Under the pieces are notes generated by a model. The model saw only the letters and a program-made list of their open reading frames with translations. It did not search any database and was not told where the DNA came from. A DNA stretch of 64,000 bases from the NCBI GenBank assembly GCA_010093745.1, contig MU005969.1:124001-188000 (forward strand), in the 5' to 3' direction. Source of the DNA: Piedraia hortae CBS 480.64 (lineage: Eukaryota). The position numbers and the translations under genes are program-made. Positions 11,606 through 22,752 of this stretch are shown here, piece by piece. Position 1 is the first letter of the stretch; each line of letters starts with the position of its first letter.

Positions 11606-11940
11606 ACATAAGGCAGCCCAATCTGATAGCGTTGCATCCTCCTCTGGCATGATACCACTACTTCCATATTTGATAGCAATCATCCCCAGATTATGGCGCA
11701 GCAAATCTGAAAGAAGCGATAGACGGGGATCAACGTGGTTCGACGATCCTCTTATGGTTAATCGTCCGTCATACTTTGACATGAATCCGGCCTTGCCCTC
11801 TTTGTCTCTTGTACCGACGCAACGAAATTAACACAAATCTCCTCTGGCTTGCCCATGTTTCGACATGTACACGCGTCCAGTTGTGATATCTGAAACGTCT
11901 CAGCTCGTTGACCATCAGGTGTTCCACACCGCTGCCTATC

Positions 11941-13314
11941 CTACGAGCGATAGTCGGCGTTGATAGAAATGTATTCATGCGATAGATCACACGTCCGGAA
12001 GACGCATTCCACTGTGTCTCCCTTGACGTTGCCATCAGCCAGATCAACCAGTATTTCCACCTTGTCTGCTTCCAAAATTTCACTCGCCCGCGCCTCATCC
12101 ACCTGCTCAGGCGTCCCTCGCGTGACCAACGGCAGCGGCGCCGATCCATCTGCAGGAGCGAACGAAACCGTAGTCTGGTGCGGAACTACCTCCTCCACTT
12201 CTTGCATTGGCACGTCAATTGCGCCGATAGCGCTGAGGATGCGGCCCCAATTTGCATCCTTGCCGTAGAGAGCTGTCTTGACGAGCAACGACCGCGCGAT
12301 GCGGGACGCTGCACTCTTGGCCGACTCCATGCCACGCGTAGTTCGGACCCGGATGGTGATGAGTTTTGTTGCCCCTTCACCATCACACACAACGAGTCGA
12401 GCGAGGTCTTGCATTACCTCGCTGAGAACGCCCAGAAGAGCCTTGGCATCGCCATCTAGTGTCTTAGATGTAATATTCACTGCTGCGACATCTTCTGGGG
12501 CAGCGGCACCGTTGGCTAAAAGGGCGACAGTGTCGTTTGTGGACATTTCGCCATCGACAGAAATACTGTTGAAGCTCCCGGCGTTGGCCAGGCTGAGGAG
12601 TTTCTTCAGCGTCTTCTGCTCGACCTTAACGTCGGTACAGATGACGCCGAGTAATGTGGCCATGTTTGGGTGAATCATTCCAGCCCCTTTGGTCACTCCA
12701 GCTATTCTATACTCTGTTTCCGGATCGGAAGGCAGCCTGAAGCTTCGTGAGACGAGCTTGGGAAAGGTATCAGTTGTGCAGATAGCTTGAGCAGTCTTCA
12801 TCCAGTGCTGGTGATCGGAGCCGAGGGCTCGGGCGGCTTCTGCAATTGCGGGAACGATTTTCTCAATGGGAAGCGTCTGTCCAATCACTCCCGTTGACAT
12901 AACCAGAGTGCTGGGGAGTTCATCCCCAAAGCATTTACTCGCCTCCGCTGCCATCTCCTTGGCGTGCTTCATTCCAACATCTCCAGTCACAGCGTTTGCA
13001 CAACCGGAATTAATAACAACCCCTCGGATATGTGATTCGTTATTTTTGAGAAACTTCATCGAATATGTGACTGGAGCTGCTTTGAATCGGTTCGTAGTAA
13101 AAACTGCAGCAGTATGACATGGCTTTCTGGTAATGATCAAGGCAACATCATCGTATTCCGTGTTGGAAGGCTTGACACCAGCGTGTGCAGCTCCCACGAT
13201 GAAGCCTTTGGGATAAGACCCCGAAGATGGAACATATTTCTGCTTCGCAACTGGAATCGACCTTTGGGTAGAGTAGCTTCGTATCCTCGTCGCACCTCGA
13301 ACAAGCACTCCCAT
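11941..13314 (-). CDS. ARG7: Mitochondrial ArgJ ornithine acetyltransferase
   Basis: 'INSGCANAVTG', 'MSTGVIGQ', 'ICTTDTFPK', 'KGAGMIHPNMATLLG' (autoproteolysis site), 'STNDTV', 'DGEGATK', 'CDLSHEYISINADYRS'; basic N-terminal presequence. Confidence 0.97.
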   Translation of the reverse strand: MGVLVRGATRIRSYSTQRSIPVAKQKYVPSSGSYPKGFIVGAAHAGVKPSNTEYDDVALIITRKPCHTAAVFTTNRFKAAPVTYSMKFLKNNESHIRGVVINSGCANAVTGDVGMKHAKEMAAEASKCFGDELPSTLVMSTGVIGQTLPIEKIVPAIAEAARALGSDHQHWMKTAQAICTTDTFPKLVSRSFRLPSDPETEYRIAGVTKGAGMIHPNMATLLGVICTDVKVEQKTLKKLLSLANAGSFNSISVDGEMSTNDTVALLANGAAAPEDVAAVNITSKTLDGDAKALLGVLSEVMQDLARLVVCDGEGATKLITIRVRTTRGMESAKSAASRIARSLLVKTALYGKDANWGRILSAIGAIDVPMQEVEEVVPHQTTVSFAPADGSAPLPLVTRGTPEQVDEARASEILEADKVEILVDLADGNVKGDTVECVFRTCDLSHEYISINADYRS

Positions 13315-13423
13315 CTTCAAAGGAAAAAAAAAAAAAAAAAAAGTTGCAGCTCTGAAGCTGTCATCCCATCTTCAAAGGAAAAAAAAAAAAAAAAAAAGTT
13401 GCAGCTCTGAAGCTGTCATCCCA
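13309..13423. repeat. Perfect 55-bp tandem duplication containing an A19 tract and the ARG7 start codon
   Basis: TCCCATCTTCAAAGG-A19-GTTGCAGCTCTGAAGCTGTCA starts at 13309 and again at 13364. Confidence 0.95.
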
Positions 13424-13498
13424 AACAGGAAGCTGTCGGATTCAGCCGTGACGTACCGGATATCGCCGGCTGACGCCATAACCGACAAACAGCTCTCC

Positions 13499-15420
13499 AT
13501 GTTATCCCGTATCTCGCGATATCTGGCTCGCGGGATTTCTACACGCGAAATGGAGGCGGTTGACACTACTGCCCGTCTCAAGGGCCTGAGAAGCCTGATG
13601 AAGGAGCACAAAATCGACGTCTATGGTAAGATGACGTGAACTGTCAGAGTCCTCTGACAGCCATAGTCGTTCCCAGCGAGGATGCACATAGTAGCGAGTA
13701 CATAGCTCCCACTGATGCTAGAAGGGAATTTATCTGTGGATTCACGGGCTCGGCAGGGACGGCGGTAATCACGCATGATAAGGCTGTCTTGGCTACCGAT
13801 GGAAGGTACTTTAACCAAGCGAGTAAGCAGCTCGACCATAACTGGGAGCTCTTGAAACAGGGCTTGCAGGATGTTCCCACTTGGCAGGAGTGGACCATCG
13901 ACCGAGCTGCCGATGGTGGCGTTGTTGGTGTTGATCCGACTACGATATCATCTGCCCAGGCTAAACGGCTGTCGGAGAGTATCCAGAAGAAGGGCGGGAA
14001 GGAGTTGGTGGCTATTGCACAGAATCTGGTCGATCAGGTCTGGGGAAAGGATAAGCCCTCACGGCCTAATGAGCCTGTCAAGGTGTTGGATCAGGAATAT
14101 GCTGGAAAGCCTTTCCAAGAAAAGATAGAAGACTTGAGAAAGGGGCTTGACAAGAAGAAGGCAAAGGGCTTCGTAGTCAGCATGCTGGACGAGGTTGCTT
14201 GGCTGTTCAATCTCCGCGGGAATGACATTCCGTATAATCCAGTCTTCTTTAGTTATGCGCTGGTAACGCCAACTGCAACGACTCTGTTTGTCGATGAATC
14301 CAAGCTGCAAGGGAATGTCAGGGAGCATCTGGAAAACGTTCAACTGAAACCGTACAACGACATCTTCGACCATCTCTCTGCCATGAGTAAAGACGATGCA
14401 CCGTCCAAGGAAAAGTACCTTGTTTCAAACCGAGCTTCTTGGGCTCTGCAGCGTGCTCTCGGTGGAAAGGATAAAGTTGACGAGGTTCGCTCGTCCATAG
14501 GCGACGCAAAAGCTGTCAAGAACAAGACGGAGCTTGAAGGGATGCGACGATGCCACGTACGAGATGGAGCTGCGTTGGTCGAGTATTTTGCCTGGCTTGA
14601 GCATTCCTTGATCGAGGAGAAGCAGACTCTGGACGAGGTTCAGGGTGCAGACAAGCTGGAGGAGATCCGGCGGAAGCAGGACAAGTTTATCGGTTTGTCG
14701 TTTGATACTATCAGCAGCACGGGACCCAACGCCGCCGTCATTCACTACAAGCCCGAGCCGGGAAACTGTTCGAAAATCGATCCAGCAAAGATCTATCTTT
14801 GCGACTCTGGTGCGCAATATCTGGACGGCACAACAGATACTACGCGGACACTGCACTTTGGTGAGCCCAGCGACAAGGAGCGTGAGGCTTATACACTGGT
14901 CTTGAAAGGGCATATCGCTCTCGACCAGGCTGTGTTTCCCAAAGGCACAACTGGATTCGCCCTCGATGCCCTTGCCCGACAGCACCTCTGGGCGAGCGGA
15001 CTCGACTACAGACACGGAACGGGACACGGCGTCGGTTCGTATCTCAACGTCCACGAGGGACCTATCGGGATTGGAGCTCGCGTTGCATACGCCGAGGTTC
15101 CCCTATCAGTCGGTAACGTCATTTCCAACGAGCCGGGCTATTACGAAGATGGCAACTTTGGAATCCGAATTGAGAACATTTTCATGGTCAAAGAGACGGA
15201 AACAAAGTACAAATTCGGCGATAAGCCATACCTGGCGTTTGAGCACGTTACCATGGTCCCATGCTGCAGGAAACTGGTCGATCTGAGCATGTTGACCAAG
15301 CCAGAGCGGGAGTGGATTGACGCATACCACGAAGAAATCCTAAATAAACTGCGCCCCTTCTTCTCCAAGGACGAGAGGACAATGAAGTGGTTGGAGAGGG
15401 AGTGTAAGCCATTAGAATAA
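13499..15420 (+). CDS. ampp: Xaa-Pro aminopeptidase P (M24B); intron 13626-13666
   Basis: '[13 protein letters not shown]...[13 protein letters not shown]', 'TDGRYFNQA', '[16 protein letters not shown]', '[17 protein letters not shown]', '[18 protein letters not shown]'. Confidence 0.96.
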
Positions 15421-15532
15421 TCCTAATAGAAACTATCCAAACCGATGAAAATCCAAATGCCATCCAAAACGAAAATACCCCGACGCCAAGCAAACTGGAA
15501 AGTTCCGTCCCAACCTCACCCACCCCCCAAAC

Positions 15533-16804
15533 ATGCCCCCAAAACCAACCAAAACCCAAACCCTCCGAATCCTCTTCCTCTCCCTCCTCCTCGACCTCTT
15601 ATCATTCACATTCATCCTCCCCCTCTACCCCTCCCTCCTGCACTTCTACCAAACCAGCACCCCTCCCTCCCCCCTCCTCCACAAAACCCTCCTAACCCTC
15701 CAAACCTACAAATCCACCCTCTCCCTCCCCCCGGGCGAGAAATACGATACAATCCTCCTCGGCGGTGCGCTCGGCTCATTATTCTCATTCTGCCAAGCCC
15801 TCACCTCTCCCTTTATCGGAACCTACTCCGACAAATATGGCCGACGGCCCGCTCTTCTCCTCAGCCTTGCGGGGAACATTCTCTCCCTCATAACATGGAC
15901 CCTAGCCCCCAACTTCGAATTTTTCCTCCTCTCCCGCGTAATTGCTGGCCTAAGTGAAGGGAACATTCAAATCGCACTGACGATTGTGTCGGATGTTTCG
16001 TCCGAGAAGGAGCGAGGAGGAGCGATGGCGCTCGTGGGCGCGTGCTTTAGCATTGCGTTCACCTTCGGCCCGGCGTTGGGGGCGGGATTGAGTCGCTTCG
16101 CGGTCGTGGAGAGGAATCCGTTCGCGGTTGCTGCCGGGGTGGCGTTGGGGTTGGTGATGCTGGAGGCAGGGGTGGTGTACGTCTATCTGCCGGAGACGAG
16201 GGCGGGGGGGAGGGAGGCTCCGCATGGGAGGGATGCTTCGCGGAATAGGCATGCTTCACGGACAAACTCTCACGCATTGCTGAACACCACGCAGCTCCTT
16301 TTCGTCCTAGTGTTCAGCGGGATGGAGTTTTCAGTTCCGTTTGTCATGTTTGAGATGTTTGGGTTTTCGGCCGAGCAGAGGGGTCGGGTGCTTGGTTATA
16401 TTGGGCTTGTGGCGAGTTTGCTCCAGGGAGGGGTGGTGAGGAGGATGAAACCGCTACGAGCAGTGCAGGTTGGTGTCGCCGCTTGCGCGGCTGCGTTTTT
16501 TACCCTGGCGGGATTGGAGACTCAGATGGGGTTGTACGCTGCGGCGACGTTACTGGCTGTTACGAGTGCGACTGTTGTTATGGGACTCAATTCGTTGAGT
16601 AGTTTGGAAGCCGGGAGTGGAGAGAGGGGGGAGAGGTTGGGGAATCATAGGAGATTTGGACAGGTTGGTCGGACACTTGGGCCGGTGGTGTTTTGTTCGG
16701 TTTATTGGTGGGTGGGAAGGGAGAGGGCGTTTATCATTGGGGGGTTGGGGATGGTTGGTGTTGGTGTGTTGGTCGGGATGTTGAGGCAGCCGGTTGAGAG
16801 GTAG
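15533..16804 (+). CDS. MFS transporter (TetA/MFSD10-like)
   Basis: 423-aa hydrophobic ORF; MFS motif A 'GTYSDKYGRRP', 'SRVIAGLSEGN', 'FTFGPALG'. Confidence 0.93.
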   Translation: MPPKPTKTQTLRILFLSLLLDLLSFTFILPLYPSLLHFYQTSTPPSPLLHKTLLTLQTYKSTLSLPPGEKYDTILLGGALGSLFSFCQALTSPFIGTYSDKYGRRPALLLSLAGNILSLITWTLAPNFEFFLLSRVIAGLSEGNIQIALTIVSDVSSEKERGGAMALVGACFSIAFTFGPALGAGLSRFAVVERNPFAVAAGVALGLVMLEAGVVYVYLPETRAGGREAPHGRDASRNRHASRTNSHALLNTTQLLFVLVFSGMEFSVPFVMFEMFGFSAEQRGRVLGYIGLVASLLQGGVVRRMKPLRAVQVGVAACAAAFFTLAGLETQMGLYAAATLLAVTSATVVMGLNSLSSLEAGSGERGERLGNHRRFGQVGRTLGPVVFCSVYWWVGRERAFIIGGLGMVGVGVLVGMLRQPVER

Positions 16805-16863
16805 ATATATTCGATACAAGAAGAGGAATTACGCCAAGTAAACACCTTCCCACCTCCCATGCT

Positions 16864-18018
16864 CTAATACCCCCTCCTGAATGAAACGTATTCCCCTCTC
16901 AACTCCACCCGAGCAGTATACATCCCCCTCGCCCCAACCTCACCTGCGTGGAATACAAAGTGTTTCCCATCAGGATCGAGATCCGCACCACCCGGGGCCC
17001 TCAACCCAGATACACCAGTCTGTAGCAGTGGCTCCGCCGCCTTCTTCCACCCAGAAGTCAAATTCTCTGAAACGGCGTAGTTGACCTGGTACCTGTCCGT
17101 GGTGAAGCATCCTGAGGAGTAGAAGAGGTAGTACCTCCCTCTCGATTTGGTTAGGGAGGGAGCTTCCAGGACGCCTTCGTCTGAGGAGCCGGCATTGTCG
17201 ATTAGTGTTATCGCTGGGCCGGTGAATGTCAGCCCGTCGGTGGAGACGGGCTGGAGGGTTAGAGGCGTAGGGATATATGGTGCTACTGTGAGAAGGGTCA
17301 GTCAGGTTAGATTCGGGGATTTGGGTTCCGTTGGAGGACGAGGGTTGGCATACCATCATTCCCACAAGCACCTCCATGTCCGATACTATTCCCATCGACT
17401 TTGTACACGATATACCGCTGCTTCGTGTCTGGATCTTTGAATCCCGAGGCGTCGATAGCTCCGCCCGCGGATAGGGGGCAGATTAGTGGTTCGTTCTCAT
17501 CTGTGGGGATGTAGGGCCCCGTTATCGATGTGGACGTTGCAGCCCCGGTGCAGTGTTTCGTTGTGTCGTTTACGATTCGCGCGCTGTAGTACATTATGTA
17601 TTTTCCGTTGTCCTTGTGATTTCATGTTAGGAGGGTGTGAGTATGATGATGGCTCTCTTACTAGTCGACTAACGTCCGGTGCCCAGGTGGCAGAGTCGCC
17701 AGATTGATCTACCCATCGGGGTAGGTTTGGAAGAGCGTCAATGGGAAGGACTTCCCATGTTTTAAAATCGTGTGACCGTGCTACTTGTATGTGGATATAA
17801 CTGCCCTTTGTACGGGTTGCGAATGAATACCAGTTCTTGCCGTCGTTGATTATTGATGGGTCTGATTGGTGTTAGTCTAGTTGTGAAATTGGTAGGGTTC
17901 ATCGACCTGGAAAGTTCGTGCCGTTTGCTACCGGACCTGTTATGAAATGAGGTGGTGGCAGAGGAGCTGCAGAACAGAAAAGCACTGCTGCGGCTGCTAT
18001 GATTAGGTGATCAAGCAT
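16864..18018 (-). CDS. Secreted glycoside hydrolase family 43 (arabinanase/xylosidase-like; 4 exons)
   Basis: Signal peptide MLDHLIIAAAAVLFCSA; spliced catalytic motifs 'NFP|DPSI', 'TWAPDV', 'GGAIDAS', 'VLEAPSL', 'YYLFYSSGCF'. Three GT-AG introns near 17860-17905, 17615-17660 and 17290-17355. Confidence 0.9.
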
Positions 18019-18984
18019 GGTTGGATAATGTAAGAAAGAAACGTGATAGCAGAGTGGCCAGGGAATGGATCGCCAGGTCCATCCTCATGGGAGAAAAGGG
18101 TTTTAACGATTGATGAATCGTTGCACAGCCAGATGAACAGGACGGACCTTTTTTAACAGTGCCTTCTCGCGTTCGGCTGTTGAAAATGTTCAAGGGCGTT
18201 TCCTGGCTTGAGGTCAACGCCACGAGGGAAGCCCACTCGCACGCAATACTCGTACTGCTCAAAGAATGACAGAATAAGAAATGGGAAACGCGAGTATTCG
18301 GGAACTTCGAAGAATGTCGACCCATTTTCGTCTCTCGCTTTCAGACGCCCGACACACGCGCGTTATCACCCCACGTTATGAATTGAATGAGCTGCAGCAT
18401 CAAGTAACAGCAATGGCAGCGGCGCGTTTGAGAGAGAAGCCTTGTTGAAGTGGCGTTCCACAAAAACAAGTGAAGCTCAACGCGTCAAAAAATAATGGGA
18501 CGTCTTGCCTCGTCCCCTTTCCCTACCTCTTCCTTCTCGCTCGCATCCCAGAAAGGATTCGTGCCCTTTATTTGCCCGTCGCAAGAGGAGGGTACAGTTT
18601 TCCCGACCGCGGTAAGGCGTCATGCAGCATGTCACCGGGACGTGATTGCCAGCCGCCGGGATGAGGCGTCGATCAATTTGCGGATAGAGCCGTAACGGTT
18701 CATCGTGAACCGAACGCCTCGTGGACGAAGAGAGCCGACTATCTGGTTATCTTTTCTTTTGCGGATGTTTCACAATCCCTCGTGCTGTTCCAAAACCTGA
18801 TCTGGTTCGTATCCTCCTGGACCGGCAAAATTTACCCGAGCCTTACCATGCCGCTACCCACTAACCGCATATTCGGTGGGCTGAACTGACCTCGGCGATC
18901 GCTTACCCGATCTCTATCACTTCTTCCAGCACTGAAACAGAGGCTAATGGAGGGCGCCACCCACCACGTTTGAAGCCGATAACC

Positions 18985-20064
18985 ATGTCGGCGCTGCAAG
19001 GGACTCGGGCGCTGGACGTGCAGAAGCCTTCGGAGCCGGCCGGCCTGGCCATCGAAGCGTGGGCCCAAGGGTATCTTGTGGGTAGTCTCATCATAATGGC
19101 GTCCATCACGGTCGCTAATATGAGGAAAAACGTCCTCTTGCATAAGCTTATCCTGATTGAGGTATTCACATGCTCTCTTTAACGGTTCAGGCGCTGACCC
19201 ATAAGCTTGTGTTTGGTATGCTACATGGCACCTTCATCTTCACAAACCCTCCGGTATATGCATGGTATCTCAGCACAACAGCTATATTTCTTGTAAGAGT
19301 TTCGGTAGAAGCCAGGCTTTTGCTGACCGAGTCAGAATACCAGTTGGTCTCTACACAACATCATTGCTTGGCTGAAAAATCGGCCGTTTTTGCCAAGATG
19401 GGGCAGCAGACTATACCTATTCACCGTTCTTCTCGTGCAGCCTTATTGGGTACTCGAAATTGTGGCCAACTTTCTCTATTTTGGTCAGCGAAGCCGGCTC
19501 TTTGTCTACACGAGGCCTTGGGAGGCTCTTTTCAGAGACCCTTGGTGGGTCTTCACCACCTGCAGCCTGCTCTGGAACATCAAGACACGATATGAATTTG
19601 GGTTTTGGGAACTCATCAGGCTCTCGCCCCGGTTTGGCGTGCTGCTCGCTGCCATGGGGCTGAGCCTCTGCTTTATTCTGGTCGATATTCTTTCTGTCAC
19701 GAACGTATTCCACGTCGCCGGGAACCCAGAAGGCATCAACCCATTTTGGAAGCTGGCGTTTGTGTTCAAGTGCCTCACCGATTCCATCATTCTCGATGAT
19801 TTCAAAACCGCACTGGACCGCTTCAAAGAGCACAAGCTTAACCTGATCGCAGGCACCGCTTTTGGGAGCCAGGTTTTGATTAGTGGCAGCGAGAGACAGC
19901 AGAACTTTTCGAGTCCACCTAACGATAGCAGCGTTCCCATGCCACGCCCAGTGTCTAATCGTAGAACAACTGATGGGCGCCATGATTTGAGCAATATGGA
20001 TCTTGTTTCAGCTCTAAGAATGGATGGAAAGGGCGTTACCACGGAGTTACGAGACACGCTTTAG
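18985..20064 (+). CDS. Conserved fungal multi-pass (7TM/GPCR-like) membrane protein; introns 19162-19205 and 19293-19335
   Basis: Spliced product 'EAWAQGYLVGSLIIM...NMRKNVLLHKLILIE|LVFGMLHGTFIF...|N.SWSLHNIIAWLK...EALFRDPWW...GINPFWKLAFVFKCLTD'; both introns keep the frame. Confidence 0.85.
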
Positions 20065-20276
20065 CTTTGTAGAGTAACCCACTTGTACAGCGTTTTGGTT
20101 TCTGACTCAGGTGAGCGTAGGGTTAGGACTGCTAATATGCTGGATAGAGCAGTTCGAAACTTCCCACGGTCCCTTTACCCAGCCATCAGAGGAGGTGCTA
20201 ACGTTTTTCCGGAAGCCACGTCGCAGAGAAACATCCCCATCAGTCATCCCAACTTCCATTCCTTTCCCAGAAATAT

Positions 20277-22256
20277 ATGGCAGGCAAGCGCCTCGTCGAT
20301 GCCACCGCCTTCCTAAACGCCTCTTCTTCCATTGCGAAACAGCATTTCAGCCTTAGGAGAGAGCAGTGGGAGGTTCTAAAGAAAACTTCGTCGGTGGCGA
20401 AAGCCGTCAAGGCGCAAACTGATAGGGTTACCGTTACCGCTCGTGCGGCTGCTGAGTTGGCAAAGCGGTTTAGTGGGCCTGAAACAGGAGCCGGAAGCTT
20501 CTATGGTGCTCCATCCAAGGATGCAGAGGCGCAGGAATGGAAAACATCCTGGCAGAGAGATGATGCAACCGTGTCAGCTGGGGACGTGACAGCACAAACA
20601 CAACCGGAGGCAACGATCCTCACCGAGAATGTCTTTCCAACAGAACCTCAATTCGTTCATGAGCCATTCCTGGATGAAATCGAGGCAACACCAGGGCTGT
20701 CGCATAGGATCGTCAAGCCCAGCCATCGAAGTCCCTATGCAGGCAGACAGAAACTACCGCCCCAGCCTTTGCCAGAAATGGTAGAGGCTGAGGAAAAGTG
20801 GCGAAGAGAGGCACAGGCAAGGGACGATATAACACTTGAGAAAAGCGGTGTTGCGAAGGAAGGAAACATCTCAAAGACCGCGGTGCAAATGACACCTCCA
20901 AGTCGCGATTATGAGCTGCGAGAATCAAGCGTACCTTCGTCCCGGTTTGGGCGTTTCTGGCAATATAGTAGCTTAGCCACAAGCATGACGTTTGGAGCTG
21001 TGGGCGAAGGCCTCCGGCGTGCGGTTGGAGGCCAAGGCTCGGGAGCTCTGATGTTCAGCGAGAGTAACGTCAACCGCCTCGTGGCTGGCCTCAGTCGGAT
21101 GCGCGGGGCGGCTCTCAAGCTCGGCCAAATGATCAGCATACAAGACTCCAAAGCCCTACCTCCTCAGATCCACACCATTTTACAGCGTGTGCAAGACAGT
21201 GCCGACTACATGCCTGCTTATCAACGCGACCGAGTTCTGGTCCAGAACTTGGGGGCGGACTGGAGGAGCCTTTTTTCCAACTTCGAAGAGAAGCCATTTG
21301 CGGCAGCATCAATTGGTCAGGTACACCGGGCAACGTTGGCATCGAACGGAAAGGAAGTCGCTGTCAAGGTGCAGTATCCTGGAGTCCGGGACAGTATCGA
21401 TTCCGACTTGAATAACATCTCGTTGCTTCTCACAGCCAGCAAGGCTCTACCAAAAGGATTGTTTTTAGACAGAACGATTGCAAATGCAAGAGTGGAACTG
21501 GGGTGGGAATGCGATTATGAACGCGAGGCCAAGGCTTGTAAACACTTTCGAGGTCTGCTAAAAGACGACAGCCAACATTTTACTGTGCCAGAGGTGTACA
21601 CTCATGCGTCGGGCCCTGGCGTGCTCACCGCCGAATATCTGAAGGGAGCCACTGTGACCAAAATCGCAGATCTTTCGCAGGAAGAGCGAGATCGGATCGG
21701 CACACAGGTACTCCGTCTCTGTCTGCGGGAGCTGATGGAATGGCGCTACATGCAGACAGACCCCAATTGGACAAACTTTCTGTACAACCGCCAGACGCAA
21801 AAGTTAGAACTCCTAGACTTTGGTGCCAGCCGGTCTTATCCGGATGAGTTCATTGAGCCCTACGTGTCCCTGCTGATAGCAGCTTCAAAAGGTGACAGGG
21901 AACGCTGTGTAGAGCTGTCAATTCAACTGGGCTACCTGACAGGCCGAGAAAGCCCGGCAATGCTGCAGGCACACGTTGACAGCATCATGACACTAGCCGA
22001 ACCCTTTGTGCTCTCGGCACCGGAGACGTACGACTTTAAAGACCAGACTATTACAGAGCGAGTGCGCAGCAACATCGGACTTATGCTGCGGGAGCGGTTG
22101 GCGCCGCCGCCCGAAGAGACTTACAGCCTGCATAGAAAGCTGAGCGGGGCATTTTTGCTGTGTGCGCGGTTGCAGAGTAGAGTCAGGGCGCGCGCCTTGT
22201 TCGCGAATGCAATTCGGGTATGGGAGCAACGGGCGGGTAAAGTAGATAGTCCCTAA
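20277..22256 (+). CDS. COQ8: ABC1/UbiB atypical kinase Coq8
   Basis: 'LSRMRGAALKLGQMISIQD' (KxGQ), 'PFAAASIGQVH', 'VAVKVQYPG', 'MQTDPNWTNF', 'LLDFGA'. Confidence 0.96.
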   Translation: MAGKRLVDATAFLNASSSIAKQHFSLRREQWEVLKKTSSVAKAVKAQTDRVTVTARAAAELAKRFSGPETGAGSFYGAPSKDAEAQEWKTSWQRDDATVSAGDVTAQTQPEATILTENVFPTEPQFVHEPFLDEIEATPGLSHRIVKPSHRSPYAGRQKLPPQPLPEMVEAEEKWRREAQARDDITLEKSGVAKEGNISKTAVQMTPPSRDYELRESSVPSSRFGRFWQYSSLATSMTFGAVGEGLRRAVGGQGSGALMFSESNVNRLVAGLSRMRGAALKLGQMISIQDSKALPPQIHTILQRVQDSADYMPAYQRDRVLVQNLGADWRSLFSNFEEKPFAAASIGQVHRATLASNGKEVAVKVQYPGVRDSIDSDLNNISLLLTASKALPKGLFLDRTIANARVELGWECDYEREAKACKHFRGLLKDDSQHFTVPEVYTHASGPGVLTAEYLKGATVTKIADLSQEERDRIGTQVLRLCLRELMEWRYMQTDPNWTNFLYNRQTQKLELLDFGASRSYPDEFIEPYVSLLIAASKGDRERCVELSIQLGYLTGRESPAMLQAHVDSIMTLAEPFVLSAPETYDFKDQTITERVRSNIGLMLRERLAPPPEETYSLHRKLSGAFLLCARLQSRVRARALFANAIRVWEQRAGKVDSP

Positions 22257-22360
22257 TCATAAACAAACTAATCTCGGGGCTTAGAGTCAACTGCAGGGCG
22301 GCCAGTTTTTCCAACTCCGGGCCCAACGGTTTAGATAAACGGCTGAGAGTTCATCTCCAG

Positions 22361-22398
22361 ACGCGTCGAGTACGCGCGGTTACGCGCTTTTGACGCGT
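22361..22398. promoter_or_regulatory. Cluster of MCB (ACGCGT/ACGCG) cell-cycle boxes upstream of the forkhead gene
   Basis: ACGCGT at 22361 and 22393; ACGCG at 22372 and 22382. Confidence 0.65.
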
Positions 22399-22752
22399 CG
22401 CCAATTTGCCGCCAGAGGACCGTGGGCCTGTGGGGATGACGCAAGGATGCGCCTTCCGTGCGCCGCGCTTAGCCAATCGCTGCGCCACCCGGTCAAGGTC
22501 GCTCCTTCCTTGCTGGACTGAGCTGCCCCACAACCCTTGGCTTGGCATTGGACCCGAGGTGAGGCCCCACTTTCTGCGGCACAAGCAAAAGCTTTCTCCT
22601 CGTCTTCCTCTTCATCAGGGCTTTCTTCCCCGCTTGGAAACGACTGTCGTTGACTATATCGAGAATATTGTTTTGGAGGCTGCACTGCAGTTTACGTCAA
22701 CATCTACTCTGACACTTGACACCTTCCCCAATTGGGCGCAAGCGCGTCCAAA

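Noticed and set aside
15445..15957. 170-aa poly-Pro ORF
   Set aside because: Alternative frame of the C-rich 5' half of the MFS gene.
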